Origin: Acidobacteriota bacterium
GTDB taxonomy: Bacteria > Acidobacteriota > UBA6911 > JACQSX01
Assembly: GCA_036507075.1 (NCBI GenBank)
Contig: DASXQR010000048.1
Span: forward strand, 1 to 64,000
Direction of reading: 5' to 3'
DNA: 64,000 nucleotides
The position numbers and the translations under genes were made by a program. The notes under the pieces were generated by a model. The model saw nothing but the letters and a program-made list of their open reading frames with translations, was not told the origin of the DNA and did no database searches. This document shows, piece after piece, positions 61,804-64,000 of the stretch (position 1 is the stretch's first letter; each line of letters starts with the position of its first letter).

Positions 61804-64000
61804 ATGAGAAAAAATTCACCGCGAAGGCGGGAACGCGCGAAGGCAACTCTTTGTGTCTTCGTGTCTTTGTGGTTTATATCCCTGGCCGCGGCCGCACAAA
61901 CTCCAAAGACTATTCCCACCCTGAAAGAGATCTTCTTCGAACCTAAATCTGTCTTCCTTTCCGGCGCCGGCGAGTCCCAGACATTGATCGTCACGGGCCG
62001 TTACTCGGACGGTTCAACGCGCGACCTGACGCGCGAGGTGAACTTCTCCTCAAACGACACATCAATTGCCGAAGTCAACTCGGCGGGGGTCGTGACGTCC
62101 AAGGCTCCAGGCATGACTCGCGTTGTGGCGTGTCTGGATTCGACCGCTCAGGGATCACAGGCGGGCAATTCAAGTCCACTTCGCACTGCCGCCAAGGTTG
62201 GTAACGGGGCAAACCTTTCCGCTCTCGCGCTGGTGGTCATTCGAGAATTGGGAGGGCCCCGGAAACTCAGTTTCGCGAATGATATTGCGCCGATCTTCTC
62301 GCGCGCCGGCTGCAACGCCAGCGGCTGCCATGGAGCGCTCAATGGCCAGGGCGGATTCAAGCTTTCGCTTTTCGGTTATGATCCCGACGCCGATTACCAG
62401 GCCATTGTTAAGGACAACAGCGGGCGGCGTGTAGATCTCAAATACCCCGAAGAGAGTCTGATCCTGTTGAAACCGACATTCACAATGCGCCATGGCGGGG
62501 GGCAGGTCATTACGGAGAATTCCCTGGAATACCGCGCGCTGCACGATTGGGTTGCTGCCGGAGCCCCGCAGGGCAGGACCGGAGGCCCGCGGCTGGAAAA
62601 ACTGTTTGTTTATCCGAATGACCAGCGTTTCCTGACCGGACCGGACCAGAAACAGCAGTTGGTGGTAGTCGGCAAGTACAACGACGGCCGCGAAGTGGAT
62701 ATGACGCGCCTGGTGCGTTACAGCTCCAGCGACGAAACGGTGGCGATGGTAAGCCAGGGCGGACTGGTTCAGCCCCGGCGCAGCGGCGAAACGAATATCA
62801 TGGTGCGCTCACTGGGGGCCGTCGGCGCGGCGCGTGTTGCCGTGGTGCTTCGTCCTCCGCTTGCAGCCCATCAAAAGATGGCGCGGAATAATTTCATCGA
62901 TGATCTGGTGCTGGAAAAGCTCGAGAAGATGCGCATCATCCCATCCGAGATTTGCACCGACAACGAGTATGTGCGCCGCGTGTACCTGGATCTGATAGGG
63001 ACGCTTCCCGCTCCGGAAGAAGTAAGGGCGTTTTTGCGTGACCGCTCCAGGGACAAAAGAACGCGTCTCATTGACGCGCTCTTCAAACGTCCCGAATACG
63101 CCGATTTCTGGTCTCTGAAATGGGGAGATCTGCTGACCAACAGCCCGCAATTCCTTTATAACGGCACGGCCTATTTCCAATCATGGCTGAGAGACGCATT
63201 CGCACACAACATGCCTTACGACCGCTTTGTGCGTGAACTCCTGACCTCCAGCGGCGGGACCTACCAGGCGCTTCCCACAAATTTTTACGCCGCAGGCAAG
63301 AAGCCCGAAGACATGGCTACATTTACCAGCCAGGCATTTCTGGGCCTCAGTCTGGAATGTGCGCGCTGCCATGACCATCCGAGCGAAAAATGGAAGCGCG
63401 ACGACTTCCTGGGTCTGGCCGCCTTCTTTTCACAGGTGAAGTTCAAGAACGGCGCGCGCAACAACGAGCGCTTTCTGTACGTCGACCCTGAAAAAGAGTT
63501 CCAGCATCCTCAGACCAAGCGGGTAATTCCGGCAAGGTTTCTCGGCGCCGGCAACGCGGATTTCCGGCCGCAAGAGGACCGCCGGGCGCGCCTGGCTGCC
63601 TGGCTCACCTCACCCTCGAACCCCTACTTTGCCCGCGCCATCACCAACAGAATCTGGCGCGAGTTGATGGGTCGGGGCATCGTCGAACCTGCGGACGATT
63701 TCAGGATCACCAATCCTCCCACTCATGAAGTCCTGCTGGACCGGCTGGCCGCGGATTTTGTGAAAGACGGCTTCGACCTGCAGCATTTGATGAAGCGGAT
63801 CCTGATGTCGAGAACTTATCAGCTCTCTTCCCGCACCAATGAAACTAATCACGATGACAAGACTGCTTACTCTCACTACCACCTGCGCCGGCTTACAGCC
63901 GAGCAGCTTGCCGATGCCATCTCACAGGTGAGCGGAGTTCCGGAAAAGTATCCCTTTTTCTATCCCGGAAAACGCGCCATCCAGTTGCCCGATCCGATAG
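61804..64000 (+). CDS. DUF1549/DUF1553 (PSD-type) protein with Ig-like Big_2 repeats; truncated by the window end and absent from the ORF track
   Basis: Translation from 61804 gives VTGRYSDGSTRDLT, SFANDIAPIF..AGCNASGCHG, GFKLSLFGYDP, NFIDDL, RRVYLDLIG.LP, LECARCHDHP, NPYFARA..NRIW..LMGRGIVEP.DD, RRLTAEQL.DAI. Confidence 0.88.
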   Translation, partial: MRKNSPRRRERAKATLCVFVSLWFISLAAAAQTPKTIPTLKEIFFEPKSVFLSGAGESQTLIVTGRYSDGSTRDLTREVNFSSNDTSIAEVNSAGVVTSKAPGMTRVVACLDSTAQGSQAGNSSPLRTAAKVGNGANLSALALVVIRELGGPRKLSFANDIAPIFSRAGCNASGCHGALNGQGGFKLSLFGYDPDADYQAIVKDNSGRRVDLKYPEESLILLKPTFTMRHGGGQVITENSLEYRALHDWVAAGAPQGRTGGPRLEKLFVYPNDQRFLTGPDQKQQLVVVGKYNDGREVDMTRLVRYSSSDETVAMVSQGGLVQPRRSGETNIMVRSLGAVGAARVAVVLRPPLAAHQKMARNNFIDDLVLEKLEKMRIIPSEICTDNEYVRRVYLDLIGTLPAPEEVRAFLRDRSRDKRTRLIDALFKRPEYADFWSLKWGDLLTNSPQFLYNGTAYFQSWLRDAFAHNMPYDRFVRELLTSSGGTYQALPTNFYAAGKKPEDMATFTSQAFLGLSLECARCHDHPSEKWKRDDFLGLAAFFSQVKFKNGARNNERFLYVDPEKEFQHPQTKRVIPARFLGAGNADFRPQEDRRARLAAWLTSPSNPYFARAITNRIWRELMGRGIVEPADDFRITNPPTHEVLLDRLAADFVKDGFDLQHLMKRILMSRTYQLSSRTNETNHDDKTAYSHYHLRRLTAEQLADAISQVSGVPEKYPFFYPGKRAIQLPDPI

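Overview
Bacterial chromosome segment of roughly 55-60% GC by eye. Gene content suggests Acidobacteriota or a similar PVC-like lineage (inference only). Most of it is housekeeping: a GDP-mannose operon (manC, PGI/PMI, PMM/PGM), dapF, a spread-out TCA gene set (icd, mdh, frdABCD-type, sucCD, ndk, sucAB), three M16 zinc-protease genes, three GT-C-type membrane glycosyltransferases, several exported hydrolases, tRNA-Val(CAC), ypdA, and a planctomycete-type PPC plus DUF1549/DUF1553 pair that runs off the right edge. No transposase, integrase, Cas or phage gene was recognised. Three things stand out. (1) A redoxin gene whose apparent TGA stop is probably a C-terminal selenocysteine (GG-U-SSKN) followed by a SECIS-like hairpin. 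(2) A DapF with both catalytic cysteines replaced by serine. (3) Nearly every intergenic gap holds palindromic elements built from 6-, 7-, 8-, 9- or 37-nt tandem units. These include a multi-copy composite element with conserved ends that repeatedly sits inside the 9-mer repeat, one copy of which may retain a four-helix-bundle gene remnant, and repeats that supply stop codons, start codons and signal-peptide sequence to neighbouring genes.
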